Below are positions 9,501 to 21,874 of a DNA stretch of 64,000 nucleotides, one piece after another. How positions within the stretch are numbered: position 1 is the stretch's first letter; every line of letters begins with the position of its first letter. Origin of the DNA: Chlorokybus atmophyticus (taxonomy: Eukaryota > Plantae > Mesostigma and Chlorokybus algae); assembly GCA_009103225.1 (NCBI GenBank), contig RHPI01003753.1, positions 127,041 through 191,040 of the forward strand. Direction: 5' to 3'. The position numbers and the translations under genes are program-made. Under the pieces are notes generated by a model. It saw only the letters and a list, made by a program, of their open reading frames with translations. It did not search any database and was not told where the DNA came from.

Positions 9501-11872
9501 TTACATCACCCTCCCCCCCTCCTCCTCCCCCTCCATCGCCTCCACCCTATACACCCTCGCCACTCCTCCCGTCTCCCCCGACACGACAGTGTACCCGAAC
9601 GTCCACCCGACCGCGGCCCCGGCGTGCTCCCCGGACCGGTGCAGCGCGAACACCGCGCCGACGAAGAGGGGGAAGCGGCGGCGGATGCGGCGGAGGGCGT
9701 CCTGGGAAGCAAGGAGGGGGGAGAGACCGAGACGCATGGACTCGACCACTTGGTAGCTGCGCGGGGAGGGGAGGTGTTGATGGGGGTGTGGTGCAGTGGG
9801 ATTGTGTGTTAGTGGTGATGTGTAGAGTTGATCCATTACACAAGCACATGTGTGCGCGCGTATGCACACGTCTGTATGGTGCGTGCGCGCGCGTGTCTGC
9901 GTATGTTAAAGACCATGTGGTGTTGCTCGTACTAATGCACATAGCAGTCTGTTATTGTTACGTCTGCGCTTGCTGATGTGCTCAATGCAGTGCAAGCAGT
10001 GGTTGACTTGCAGCTCTAGTGTGCATGACGATACGATTGACTCAACACAACTTGGCAGCATACATGCGCGCGTGGGTGAGTTACCAAGGGAGGAAGCGTA
10101 GCATGATGTCTCCGTCGCCGGTGGCCCCGCACGCGCCCACCTCGCTGTCCGCATACGCTCCCGCCCCCGGGATCGGACTGTCCCCAACCCTGCGCAGAAC
10201 AATGGTGTGACCCCATCAACACACACAGGCGCATGCTTTCCCTCGCACCAGATCATCTGTCAGCCAGTTGTTGGGGGTGTACCACCCACCTGCCCGGTAT
10301 CTTGTGGCGCAGCCCATTGGTCGTTGCGCCCGCCGCCACGTTGCCATGCTACCACGCAACACGACACACACGCACGTCCTCAATCAGCCAATCGACTTCG
10401 TGCTCAAACTGACAGCATGACTTCATTGCGCTCACCGCATCGATAGCAGCAATGGCAATGGTATCATGATTCCCCTCATCCGCATGGAGCCCAAACGATT
10501 CCAATGACAAGTGCTCCTCGCACTTCACCGCAGGCTTGTACGGCCCACACCCACCTACAAAATAGACAACACCCCACATCAACACCGACAGCACCCCCAC
10601 CCCCACCCACCCACCCCCCCCCTTANNNNNNNNNNNNNNNNNNNNNNNNNNNNNNNNNNNNCCTTCCCCTCCCCTCTCCTTCTCCACGCACTCCCAATAG
10701 TTCGGCTCACACCCTCCCTCCCTCCACTCCCTCCACTCCCTCCTACTCTCCTCGGTGCTCAGGTCCCCCTGTCTCGGCCCCGCCCCCATGGCGACGGCGA
10801 AGTCGGAGGCCTGGGACCCCGCGAGGAGGGTGTGGGAGGAGTGGGACAGGACGAGCCGGGCGGAGGAGAGGGCGGAGGGGAGGGAGCGGAGGGAAGCCAC
10901 GGCGCCCATGTTCAGGGAGGTCTGAGGGGTGAAAGTATGTGGGGGAGGGGGGGGGGGGAGGGCGTGCATGTGCGTGCGAGTGCGCGTGCGCGCACGCATG
11001 CTCACACGCACTCGAGTGAAGCGTACGCACGCGCGCACAGTTACGCACAGGTGTGCGTTTGTGTGGTTGAGTGTATGTGTGCATGCGTGGGTGCGTGGGT
11101 GCGAGGTTGAAGGGGCAGAGTGGTTGCGAGATAGCGTGTTTCATTGAGGCTGTTGCTTGCTTACCCCGTCTATGATGAGGGCGTCGAGGGTTGTCTCGCC
11201 GTTCTCGTCCGGACTGCCGCCAAAGCCCACTGCCGGGTGACAACAGACGGGTACGTCAGTGATAGCAGTGTCGTTGTTGTCGTTGGGCCGCCTTGTTCCA
11301 CCTGTGCATACGTGCGTGCAGGGGTCTTTCACCTGTGCCACCGCATTGCAGGCGCTCGCAGGTGGAGCCCGCGGCTTCGACGGCGTCAAGCGCGGGCTGC
11401 GCATGAAACAAAAGATTGACAACCAACCAACACTGTCGTCGTCAATGTTTGCAGATTCGTCTGTTGTGCATCAGGCTTGGGTGACGAGGAGACAACAGTA
11501 GCTGAGTGCTGTTCCTACAGCGTGCACGACGTTGTAATGTGGTGGGTGGGTGGGTAGACACACGAATACACCTGTGCACATGGTCATGTACATGGGCGAA
11601 TTGCAATTGTAATCACGCTCGTGTTTCACCATGCAGTGCGATACAACACAACACACTCCCACCTGTTCCGCGCCTTCTTTGTTGAGCGCCGCCCATCCCG
11701 CCTCCGCCGCTTCCGTCCAACCCCACGTGTGTATCACCACAGGCACGCTCGCCTCCCTCTCCACGGCGGTGGCGACAGGGGAAGCGCTGCTGCTGGCCAA
11801 CGCCACCCACAACGACACCGTCAACCACACCACCGACCGCCGCCGCCCCGCCGCCGCCGCCGCCCCCGCCAT
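9501..11872 (-). CDS. AGA: Aspartylglucosaminidase (glycosylasparaginase, Ntn hydrolase); exons 11872-11663, 11396-11333, 11229-11165, 10921-10692, (gap), 10554-10436, 10348-10290, 10189-10085, 9756-9501
   Basis: Signal peptide; VVIHTW; [37 protein letters not shown]; CGPYKP; autocleavage HD|TIAI; [39 protein letters not shown]. Confidence 0.93.
10626..10661. other. Assembly gap (36 N) inside the AGA gene
   Basis: Run of n characters. Confidence 0.98.
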
Positions 11873-11959
11873 GTTGGGCACTTTCTCTCCTCCTTATTGT
11901 CCTTGTTGGTGAGGTTGTTGGCGAGGTCGTTGGCGGCGGCAGCGGCGGCAACGGGGGCA

Positions 11960-13294
11960 ATGGCGGCGGCGGCGGCGGAGGGGAGGATAGAGGCGGCTGA
12001 GACGGCGCTGTTGCTGATAGAGTTCCAGAATGAGTTCTGCAAGGAGGGTGGTGCCATGCACGACGCTGTCAAGGACTGCATGGCGCATGTACAGACTAAT
12101 TGATTGGTTGAAAACCAAGTCCAAATTGCCAGAGTGATAGCAGTTGTGATATAATTTTACTTCTTGTTGTCACGTTTGGTTTAACATTCTGAGGTGAGTA
12201 TTACAGTCGCTTCGCACTGGGCAGTGCATCTCCCACAACACAGTGCAAGCACGTTGTGAAGTGAATGCAATACACAACGTGAACCTTGCCTTGTAATTAC
12301 CACACACGCACGCACATATAATCACACAAGCGCACACACTCACTCACGGGTGTGTGCGCTCGAGTGGTCAGAAAAGTTTCAGTCGTGTGTGTGAGCAGCC
12401 TGGGTACTGCATTTCGATTGTGTCCAAGGCGCATTTTGCATAGTGCGCACACTCCGCCTGGCATGTTGTTGTTGCTGTTGTTGTACTTGTTGTTGAGGTC
12501 CCAAACCCACAGACCAACATGCTGGCAAACGCTGCGGAGGCGGCGCGTGCGGCTCGCGCGAGTGGCGTTTCCGTGCTTCACGCTCCCATTGGCTTCGAAG
12601 ACGACTACCGCGAGCTGTCGCCCAATCCCTATGGTACGTTGCACAATCACAAAATCAACAATCATCAGCGTGATTGGTGGCGTTGTTGCGTCCGATGCAG
12701 GTATCCTTGCGGGAGCGATCGGTGCCAACGCGTTCAAGAAATCCGGCTGGGGCTACAAGTTTGTCGACGAGGTGTGTGCGTGCGTGACACCACTTCAACA
12801 CACAAGCATGTGCTTGACGCGATGCAATGAGCGCAACACGACACGATGTTCGGTTACAGCAGTTGTACCAACAGCATGCACTTTTGCGTGGATGGGGCAA
12901 CAGTTGGGTTTTCAGATCACATCCCATACAGAACACACGCACACGTGCACGTACACGTACACGTACATGCCCACACTGTACGCAGGTCTCTCCTTCCGCC
13001 AACGACACCATCGTTTCCGGCAAGGTCGGTCTCGACTGTTTCTTCTCGACCAACCTCGACTTCCTCCTGCGCGCGCGTTCGATCAAGACCCTCGCCATCG
13101 CGGGTTTCCTGACCAACTGCTGCGTGGAGTCCACCATGCGATCCGCCTACGAACGCGGGTACAGAGTGGTCACGATACACGATGCGGCCGCGGCGACGAG
13201 CGTGGAAGCGCATGAGGCGGCGGTACAGCATACGTTCCCGATGTTCTCAGTGCCGGTGACGACAAAGGAGTTTGTAAGGCAACTACTGGATTGA
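11960..13294 (+). CDS. Isochorismatase-family cysteine hydrolase (exons 11960-12088, 12513-12633, 12701-12771, 12986-13294)
   Basis: TALLLIEFQNEF...VLHAPI...GKVGLDCFFSTNLDFLLRARSIKTLAIAGFLTNCCVESTMRSAYERGYRVVTIHDA; acidic-Lys-Cys triad positions present; exon phases compatible. Confidence 0.9.
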
Positions 13295-15478
13295 AGGTGG
13301 GTGGGTGGGTGGGAGAGTATATGGGTGTACTACACACTGTGTATATGTGTGGGTGGTAGCGTATACTGTGCTGGGATTCTAGAACAGTACACGTGGGGCG
13401 TTGCATGCCAGCAGGATCGGACGATTGTGCAAGTATGCATGCTTGTGTGCATGTGCAATTGTGAATCGCATGTGTTATGCATATGTGCGCGCGCATGTGT
13501 ACATTCATGCATGCATATGTACAATACATGCAATGAGATGGCGATGACATGTGTGTTTATGCGTGCGCGCACATGTGCTTGCGTGTGGGCGGGAGTGAGC
13601 ATCTGCTGGGCTATGCCCGCATGCACCTACTCATGCAGGTGTGCTCGTCACACCTAGTGACTTCATGCGTGAGAATGCGCGCCTTGTGAGTGCGTGCATC
13701 TTGCATTGTTACCATTGAACCAATGAGAACTACTGAGAGATGCGCAACACGAGCAGCAGATGCAGCTAAACGTCGCACGCAATTAGTATTGCAGAACAAT
13801 ATATATAAGTCTCTGGTCTATGTACAACAACTGGCAAGTATACGCATATACACCCAACTACCTGCATAACTACCAAACCCCACTGGCGAGATGCCGGCAA
13901 ATGTGCTTTCACTTGTGAATGTGTGTGCAACCACATGCATACAACCATTAAAGCATGTGTGTCCCCCAAGTCAGTACCCGAGCATCATCTCGGGCATGGT
14001 GTCCACGTTTGCCACGACATCATCGCCATCATCGCCATTGATGTTGTAAACCACAGATTCAAACCAGTTTTGCACTTCGCTGGCTGTTGACGACATCACT
14101 GCCGTCATTGATGTCGCTGTCACTGCCGCAAATGGGGATGGAGATGATGTTGCCAATGTTGGCGATAATGGTGATATCGGCGATTTGCCCCTTTCATCAA
14201 CGCTCTGCCTGTCCTCTTTAGTCTTCCAATAAGACCCAACTCGCTCTGCTGTTGGACGAATTGCAAGGAGTGTTAAGGGTTGTAGTGTTGTGCAGGTTTT
14301 GATACGTCGTGCACAATGTTGTGCAGACTGCATATGTCGTGCATGTGGTGCATGTTGTGTGTGTCACTTGCATGAGGTACGGTGCATAAGGTATAAGTCC
14401 CAACCACTGCATGCACACACCGACTTAGAGCATAGGCACATACCAGCAGGGCAGGCCATAGGTCAACTTGAAGCAACTACACCAGGGGCATTTTGCTGAA
14501 CGCAATCCTACGTGCCATGCCATGCAAACTGCAGACTAAGGCAGCAGGCAGCAACAGCAGGCGTTTACAAATATGAAGCAACTTGAAAGGCCACAGTGCA
14601 GTGCATGTGGTAATGTGCATGGTTGTGGGCATACCAGAGGTAGCGGAGCTCTCCATTGGCTGCTGTTCGACAAGTAGTGTCTGCGCTTGTCCTGGAACGC
14701 CTGCGCTGCGTCGTCGCCGGCATCGCTCCAGTCCCAGCCCCTGCGCCTGTCCCTGCGCCTGTCCCTGTCCCTGTCCCTGTCCTTGCTCCACCGCTTCCTC
14801 CCGCAGCTGCTGCCGCCGCGCCTTCTGCGGCCGCTTCTCCAGCCCTTGCGCCATAACCATCATCTGTGACCTCATTCTACAGGCCCCTTTCCTCGTGCTC
14901 CCCCTCGTCCGCCTCCTCCTGCTCCTCCTGCTCGTCCTCCGCCTCCTCCTTGTCCTCTTCAGCACTCAGTCCCTCACTCGCAGTGCACTGAGAGTTTGTT
15001 CACATGCTTCTCGTGCTCGAGGCTGTAGCCAGCTGGCTTGTGTGGGTGTACACGCCTCCCAGCTCCACGTCACATCACCCGACGAGAAGCAGGAGTATGC
15101 CGCCGCTGCCGCCACCGCCGTGAAGGCTTCCTCTGCATGCCTCAGCCAGTCACGTCATGCATACTTGCCGCACACACCAGTTTCTTGTTGACGTCACCCG
15201 TATCTATCTGTCAGGATGTGACAGGCGGGAGGGACGCGCTTGATCAATGGTATAAGCATACCTGGTTGTAAGGTAGGTCTAGATAGGCCGCGACATGACG
15301 CGTGTCGTATTACGATTGTATTACGGCCCTTGCGCAAGCAACAGTACAATGATTGCTTTGATAGGCGATGGGCCACAACCTGTGGGGTCATCAGTGGATA
15401 GGCTATGGATAGCTACTGCTAAGAGTCATCAATAGTAGCGGGGGGTCCGCCTTCACGCAATGAGCCCACCACTCCTAC

Positions 15479-15513
15479 TACGGGTAATGTCTGCCCGGCA
15501 GACATTACCCGTA
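15479..15513. repeat. Perfect 17-bp inverted repeat with 1-nt spacer
   Basis: TACGGGTAATGTCTGCC-C-GGCAGACATTACCCGTA. Confidence 0.9.
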
Positions 15514-16426
15514 ATTTGGCACTTTGACCACAGCTGCAAGTGAGGGCTATCCAAAGTGCCCTACCCCTTCTTATTAATGACACATGATGGGGAGTTTGCA
15601 AGAATATCATGTGATGTGTACATCAACCATTCACATCTACTTATGCTGACATAGGGATGCAACGATAAATCCGTAATGGAAGTTCTTCACGCCCATATAT
15701 ATGTAGCATAATTGTTTAAGTTTAATTGTGACTATTATATTTGCTTAAATGGGTACGGTTATGTGTTGCATCAAGCAATTATATTAATACCTCAAATACC
15801 CAATACATCAACTCTATTTAAATTTACGTATGCTATCCCCGACTCGGACTTGTGACACATTGTTGTGAGAAAAGCCAATGTTTACTTCGCGCTTGACACA
15901 AAAGTTACATTAACAGTAAGTCACACTTTCAGCTATTATTGCTATAAAATTTCATAATATAACATGTTGTGTATGACATGTATTCCCAATCTTGTTTGCA
16001 AGAGTGAGTTGGATGCATATTGCTCATGCCCGTGTATATATGTAGCATATATATGTGACAGATTATGTAATACTGAAAACATCACATGCGCATAAGTGGT
16101 GTGACTGTAATGTCATGCTGTTAATGATACTCATGATCACATCTGCTATGATGATCATGTCATACCGGTTGTAATACTCGTGACCACGAGTGGCATGACT
16201 CTCGGTGATACTCATCAACGCTTCGCGAGTCATGGACGAGTTGATGACGATGGACTATATACGGTGTGACCGTCATGCCGCTTTTGTTGTAATTGTTAGC
16301 ACCACGCATGGTGCAGACGACATGTCCTGATTGGCTCAGAAAGTTTACACCACACTTGTCTTGTTCTGGGTTATCTTCACATGAGTTTAGTTCGCGAAGC
16401 ATGGACAAGATGATGACGGTGGAACT

Positions 16427-17078
16427 TATGGTCCCGTGTCGTGCACACCATACTATAGGCGTATGGCCGTGAGTATGGTCCTCAGCCATGAACTGGTGGG
16501 TACAACGGTGGACTACCGTAATGCCACATACATTACAACCCGCAGCCGCATTTCTGGACTAGTCGACCCATTCATGATGGGCAGTTTCTGCATTTCAAGT
16601 AGCATTTCCATGATTCTTGGACGTTTTGACCCACCGTTACGTGCGTCATCGTTATAGAGATGTGCTGTGCGACGCTGCAGCAGCGCTGTACAAGCGGTAG
16701 CAGAACATCACCGTACAATGCTGCTGCTGCGGTGTACTTGTAAGCAGCGCAGTAACCGCTGTAAGACGCTGTACACCACGATGTAACTGCCATTGGGCTG
16801 CTGTTGCACTTTACAGCATACTGACGGGTGCAGCGGTGTACAAGGCAAACGCTCGTGAGCTGAGTGCGCTGTCTCGTTATTGACGACACTTCGACTAACG
16901 TTGCCACCAATTTACGACAATTCGTTATAAATGCTGAGTCCCTAACGAAATACAACATAAGGCATTTGATAACTGTTTGTATGTCGTAATGTGCCTCGCA
17001 GTACGGTATGTATGGTCCCGTGTCGAGCACACCATACTGTGGGCGTATGGCCGTGAGTATGGTTGTGAGCCATGAACT
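16427..17078 (+). repeat. 68-bp direct repeat pair (16427-16494 and 17011-17078) within degenerate repeated sequence
   Basis: TATGGTCCCGTGTCG(T/A)GCACACCATACT...GGCGTATGGCCGTGAGTATGGT...AGCCATGAACT; about 6 mismatches by eye. Confidence 0.85.
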
Positions 17079-20000
17079 TGTTATAATGGTTGTCATGGTT
17101 GTGACCACGCATGGGTCCAGCGCGCTGTGCCAGAGTTGGCACAAACTCGTGTCAGCACTGGCACAAAAAGTTTTTGCTTGTACTAGCAACGCGCAAACTA
17201 CTTAAGCCAATATTGGCATAACCTGTGCTAATCTTGATCGAATTTACAGCGCTGTAATGGCATGAGAGCAGCTGGTCATGCCCATTCTGGCACAAACCCA
17301 GACTAGTATTGGTCTAAAAGATCTATATTAGTCAGGTAAAAACTTCAATGAGATAATGCCGTTAATGGCACAAGACCTACAAGACCCCAAGGCTGGCATA
17401 ACAGCCCCCTACTCTATACGGCTTTAACCCCGCAGCCGGCGGACCTGTCGGAAGCTTCAGTCGACACGATTGCAGGGCCGCGGGATCGTACCTGTTTCGT
17501 ATAAAAAAACTAGCATAATTCACTGGTGCGGGACTGAGCACTAAAATTAGGAGCCCCGAACGGATCAGGAACGGTCTAACCCCAGCGGAACAGGCAGTCT
17601 TGGCCCGCGGGGTACGGACCATGCATAGTTTGCGGAGTTTGTGCAAGGACCATACATGGTTCTTGAACTTCAAGCCGTGTGCATGACATCATGATTATGC
17701 GCATGGACAACAAGTCAGTCTCAAAGCAGGGCAGCAAGCAAGCAAGCAAGCTTAACGGCTGTATTTGAGGTCATCACACAGGCCAGCAGCAGTCCCGGAC
17801 AGGCGTGATGTCAGCAGTCCTCCAACTATAGTAAGTCCAAGTCGGTCGACAGTTTCGGGTTCTGAAAATGCGGCTGTTGCAGCCGTGGCCAGTTCTTACG
17901 CTACAACATCAAGCTGCAGCGCCATCAACAAGCATAGCATGGTCAACAACAACAGCAATGACAACGAAGACAAGAACACTGCAGACAACGGCAACAGCAG
18001 GAGCCGCTGCCGCTGCAACCTTAATAGCTGCTGGTACAGGTTGTGAAACAGCAGCTGCATGTCAGCGACTTTTACAACACATCATGCACAGACAGCCACG
18101 CAGTCAACTGAACAACCCTTTAATCAACAGCGCCGCCTTTAGCGCCGCCTCCAACACCTCTGCTGTCGGCGCCAGTGGCATGTGGTTGCAGCAAGCTCAA
18201 CACATCAGTGTCAGCCGACAGTCAGAGTACTGCATACTTGTCGTGCTTTGTTAAAGTGTACGGCTGCCTGCTCATACTTATCCGCACTCAGCGAGTTGCG
18301 ACGGACCAAGGGGCGCGGGGAGCGCACCATACATGGTTCGTACATTACGGTTGAAACCCAGCCGCATCAGGGCGAAGCAAGACATGAAGCCTGCGCCTTG
18401 CATTGACCCTAAAAAACCGAGTGCGGAGCATGCGTGGTGGACTCTCACGAGTAACTGGACCGGAAAAATGGCTGGTCCAGCCGCGGACCATGTATAGTGC
18501 GCGACTTTGCGCTAGATCTCGGCCGGAAAGGACCATGCATGGTGCACCCCCCGCAAGGTCCGTGTGTACAAGCCGTGTGTACATATCCACTATAACTGAT
18601 AGCTTATAGGTTTGTGATGACTATTGAAAGATACTCAGTACATTTTGCTGCCTATGGCAATCACGCCCGGGCAAAACGGCCCATATTTTTGGTAGTTGAT
18701 GAGTCAGAAGCCATACTGGCCTTATAACTCGTATATTGGCAACAACTTTTGGATGGCGGCAAATGTCGGGGAGCCGTAAAAAGCAAAGTTGTAGCTCTCG
18801 TCGAGCTTCAACATTGCATTTGATGGCACAAGATTTCTGGCGGCCATACAAAAGATATTTCGAAAAGGGGATGACATCTTGTCTTGGTGACGCTCACGAC
18901 CGCCGCACAACCTCATAACCTTTCCTCATCTCTCGGTTTCACGAGCAGCTACGACAGCACAGGCCGCGGGCCGGTGGACTCCATTTTATGTCGATTAGGG
19001 GTCGATGGTCCTATTAGTAAAACCCTAGTTGCTATAGGCAACATATGCAATGTAAAGTATTGTCATGCCATAAGCGCTCGTTGCCATGCAGAATTATACC
19101 CCGGAGGCTATTAAGGTCTACAAACATTCATACATACACATATCAGCGAGGGCTACTCAATACAAGATGAGGATGCTCTGTGTATACATGTACATCTAGC
19201 TGTATGTACACCTATGTAAGACGAGGAAGGCTGTGGTAATGCCAGCCCGTGGCGCTCTTATAACTAGGGGGAGAGCGGACTACCATGTCAACGGATGGTA
19301 GGACGACGCAGGGTGGCAAGGCAACCTCGCGAATGTCCACAACATGGGCAGAGCTTTTACTAGAAGACCATCTGCCGTTCGCGACAGGTGTACGAACAAG
19401 TAAAAGGGGATGGTACCTTGGGAGAAGGACACCATCGCCGCTCCGCACCCTCTAATTAAAGCAGAAAAGGATCCATGAGTTCACGGGGATCAGGCCTACC
19501 AGAGTCCTCCCTACACACAATATTTATAACTATGCGTTAGATGTCTATATTACAGTCCCACACACTTACCACTTAAGTATATGTGTAGCTGAACTCGATG
19601 GCCACACCTACGGGAAGGGGTTCAATACACAAGAGGACATGGCGGGCGAATCATGTCACGCCCATAGCCTGTAAAATCGCTCACCAACGGGGCTACCGGA
19701 CCACTCACAAGGGGTTGAGCTCCCCTTCATGCCCTATGCCACCTGCACTCACTGAGGTGCCTGCAATGAGTCACTGCAAGCACCTCCCCGCTTAGGCCAT
19801 ACATACTGGAGAGGCGTTGCGGCCATGCTGGCTGCGAGAGCCTCCCTCGCCGCGCCCACACCAGGCCAGACATAATGCTGACATAGGCCTGCGCCTCAGC
19901 TCCTCCCTCGCGAGCTTATATGCATTATTGTTGCCAGCCCCCGACATCATGCACGACCATGTGCATGCGTCCAAGGCAAACCCTGCCTTTGAAGACCGCC

Positions 20001-20127
20001 ACTACAGCTATCGCGATGCGGTGTGGGGACCACATCCGCATCCCGATCGACAGCACTCACCATCAACGATGTAGAAGCCTCGAGAACTTTTCGCGCAAAT
20101 CAACAAACTTGATGTAAGAGGATGGAC

Positions 20128-20255
20128 GGTTACGGCAGTTACAATTGTTGTGACTGCACAGTGGTAGACGTACTCGGCTAGCATTTTCAGTGGTTGAGAA
20201 TGCTAGCGAGTACTTCTACCACCGTGCAGTTACAACAATTGTAACGGCCGTGACC
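20128..20255. repeat. Long imperfect fold-back (~61-bp arms, 5-nt loop); pre-miRNA-like or MITE-like
   Basis: Left arm GGTTACGGCAGTTACAATTGTTGTGACTGCACAGTGGTAGACGTACTCGGCTAGCATTTTCA pairs with the right arm with 3 G-U, 3 mismatches and 1 bulge. Confidence 0.85.
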
Positions 20256-21874
20256 TTCCAACAAGTGGTCAATTGGTAATGTAAAATTCTCTTTCTTTTC
20301 TCTGGCGACACGTTGTTGACTCTTAGCTTTCCCTATACCTTGTGGTTGGCTACCTAGAGTGTATACCCCTTTGTTGAACTTTGTTGCAATAGCAGTTGTT
20401 CTTGACTTGAGGAGTATGAGTGTTGTGAGGGTATGCTGATGTTGTGAGTATAGTGCATGCTAACGAAAAGCCTGCAGTTGTTCCACACACATTGCAACCG
20501 CCCCGACACTACTAGTTTGTTCAGAGCCGACCCAAGTCTCTTCACACCAGCAACTCGTACTGTACTGTGCATTGCATGCTAGCATTGCTACAATTAAGGT
20601 GCATGTAGAGAGCATTGAGAGAGTGACGTAGCACCAACTTCAAATGATTCGTTCAGTGCCCATGAGGAGGTGTGTGAATGCACGACATGCATTGAATGTT
20701 TCTGACTTGTAAGCTTTACAACTACCAGTGGAACAACCGTTGTGCATTAGCTCATCGTTGCCCATTCGCACACCTCCTCATTATCATACATAATAGGGGA
20801 GCGAGCTGTGCTGGGCCGGATTCACTTTTCACATTGGAGGCACGACCGGGTCGTCAACACACAGCGAGCAACATCTCCAGTGCACAGAGAGCACAAGTGT
20901 TACAATTGTACACATACAATTATTCACAGGAGTCAAAGCATGCGTCCTCATCCGGAGTAGGAGGCTTGATGTGCCATCGCACCACAGAGCGGTGCAGTGC
21001 AGGGCAACCTCGTACACAACCCTGTTGCTCACACCACGCGCACGTGTGTAACCAGCCAAGCTCACGTGACTAGCACAACCATCTGTATATTTCGAAAAGA
21101 GGACACTCCGGGAAGGTCACTGTGATTGGGTGACACCAACGTTGCGTCGCTCCTCTTGCCTAGTAGTAAGGTGTGGTAAAGTAAGTAACTGCTAGGCTTA
21201 TCCTCCCGTGTCGGTTCATACATGCGCACGAGTATGGGTCCGCTAATGGAGAAGTGACCTATATGCTGGCGTGTACCAGCAAGGCCACCCGCCAGTCAAT
21301 AGTCGGACGAGCGGGGGCGATGGGATTACCGCTGTCACAGGCGGTACGGTACCGCCCCAGCACGAATCTGTCACCTCCACTTCCTCCTCCACATGTGCGG
21401 TGAGGAGGCCGGCGCTCATGGATGAAGCCCCACTCCTGCTGAGCCACGGATGTTGCTGCATCGTCGCCATCATGGACAAGTAGCCTCACATGCACAAGCT
21501 CAAGGGCGCACTGCCTAAGGCATGAGAAAGTGTGTTTATCTGCATGCCCGAGAAGCAGGACTCTGAGCTCACATTTACAGGTGAATATCGAGCACATGAC
21601 GGCTATCAGCACGACAGTATCTTGTAATTTGTAAGCTTGTAACTTACAAGTTGTTGGCCCAACACCACATGTCATGATGTACATCATGACATGAGCCGAC
21701 AACGAGAACTTGAAGTTTACACCCAAGACGCTGGCGTTAAAGTGTAGAGTAGCCGGGCCGGTAAAGTGTAGAGCCGCCAGCCAAGCCGTCAAAGCTCAGG
21801 CTGGGCGGGCGGGCGTTGCAAGTGACACACACGCACACATGCCCTCACGCACGCACGCGCGCGCCTCAGATCAG

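Noticed and set aside
13300-13970. Cys/His/Met-rich ORFs here and in introns at 8461-8720, 12100-12500 and 22270-22610
   Set aside because: Translations of CA/TG/CATG microsatellite-like non-coding DNA.
15307-15325. Two GTATTAC motifs resembling CRESS-virus replication-origin nonamers
   Set aside because: Neither matches NANTATTAC, they are not at a stem apex, and no Rep ORF is present.
19817-20074. ORF with faint RNase H-like wording (PD...HAS; DAVWG)
   Set aside because: Too weak; no supporting RT or other motifs.
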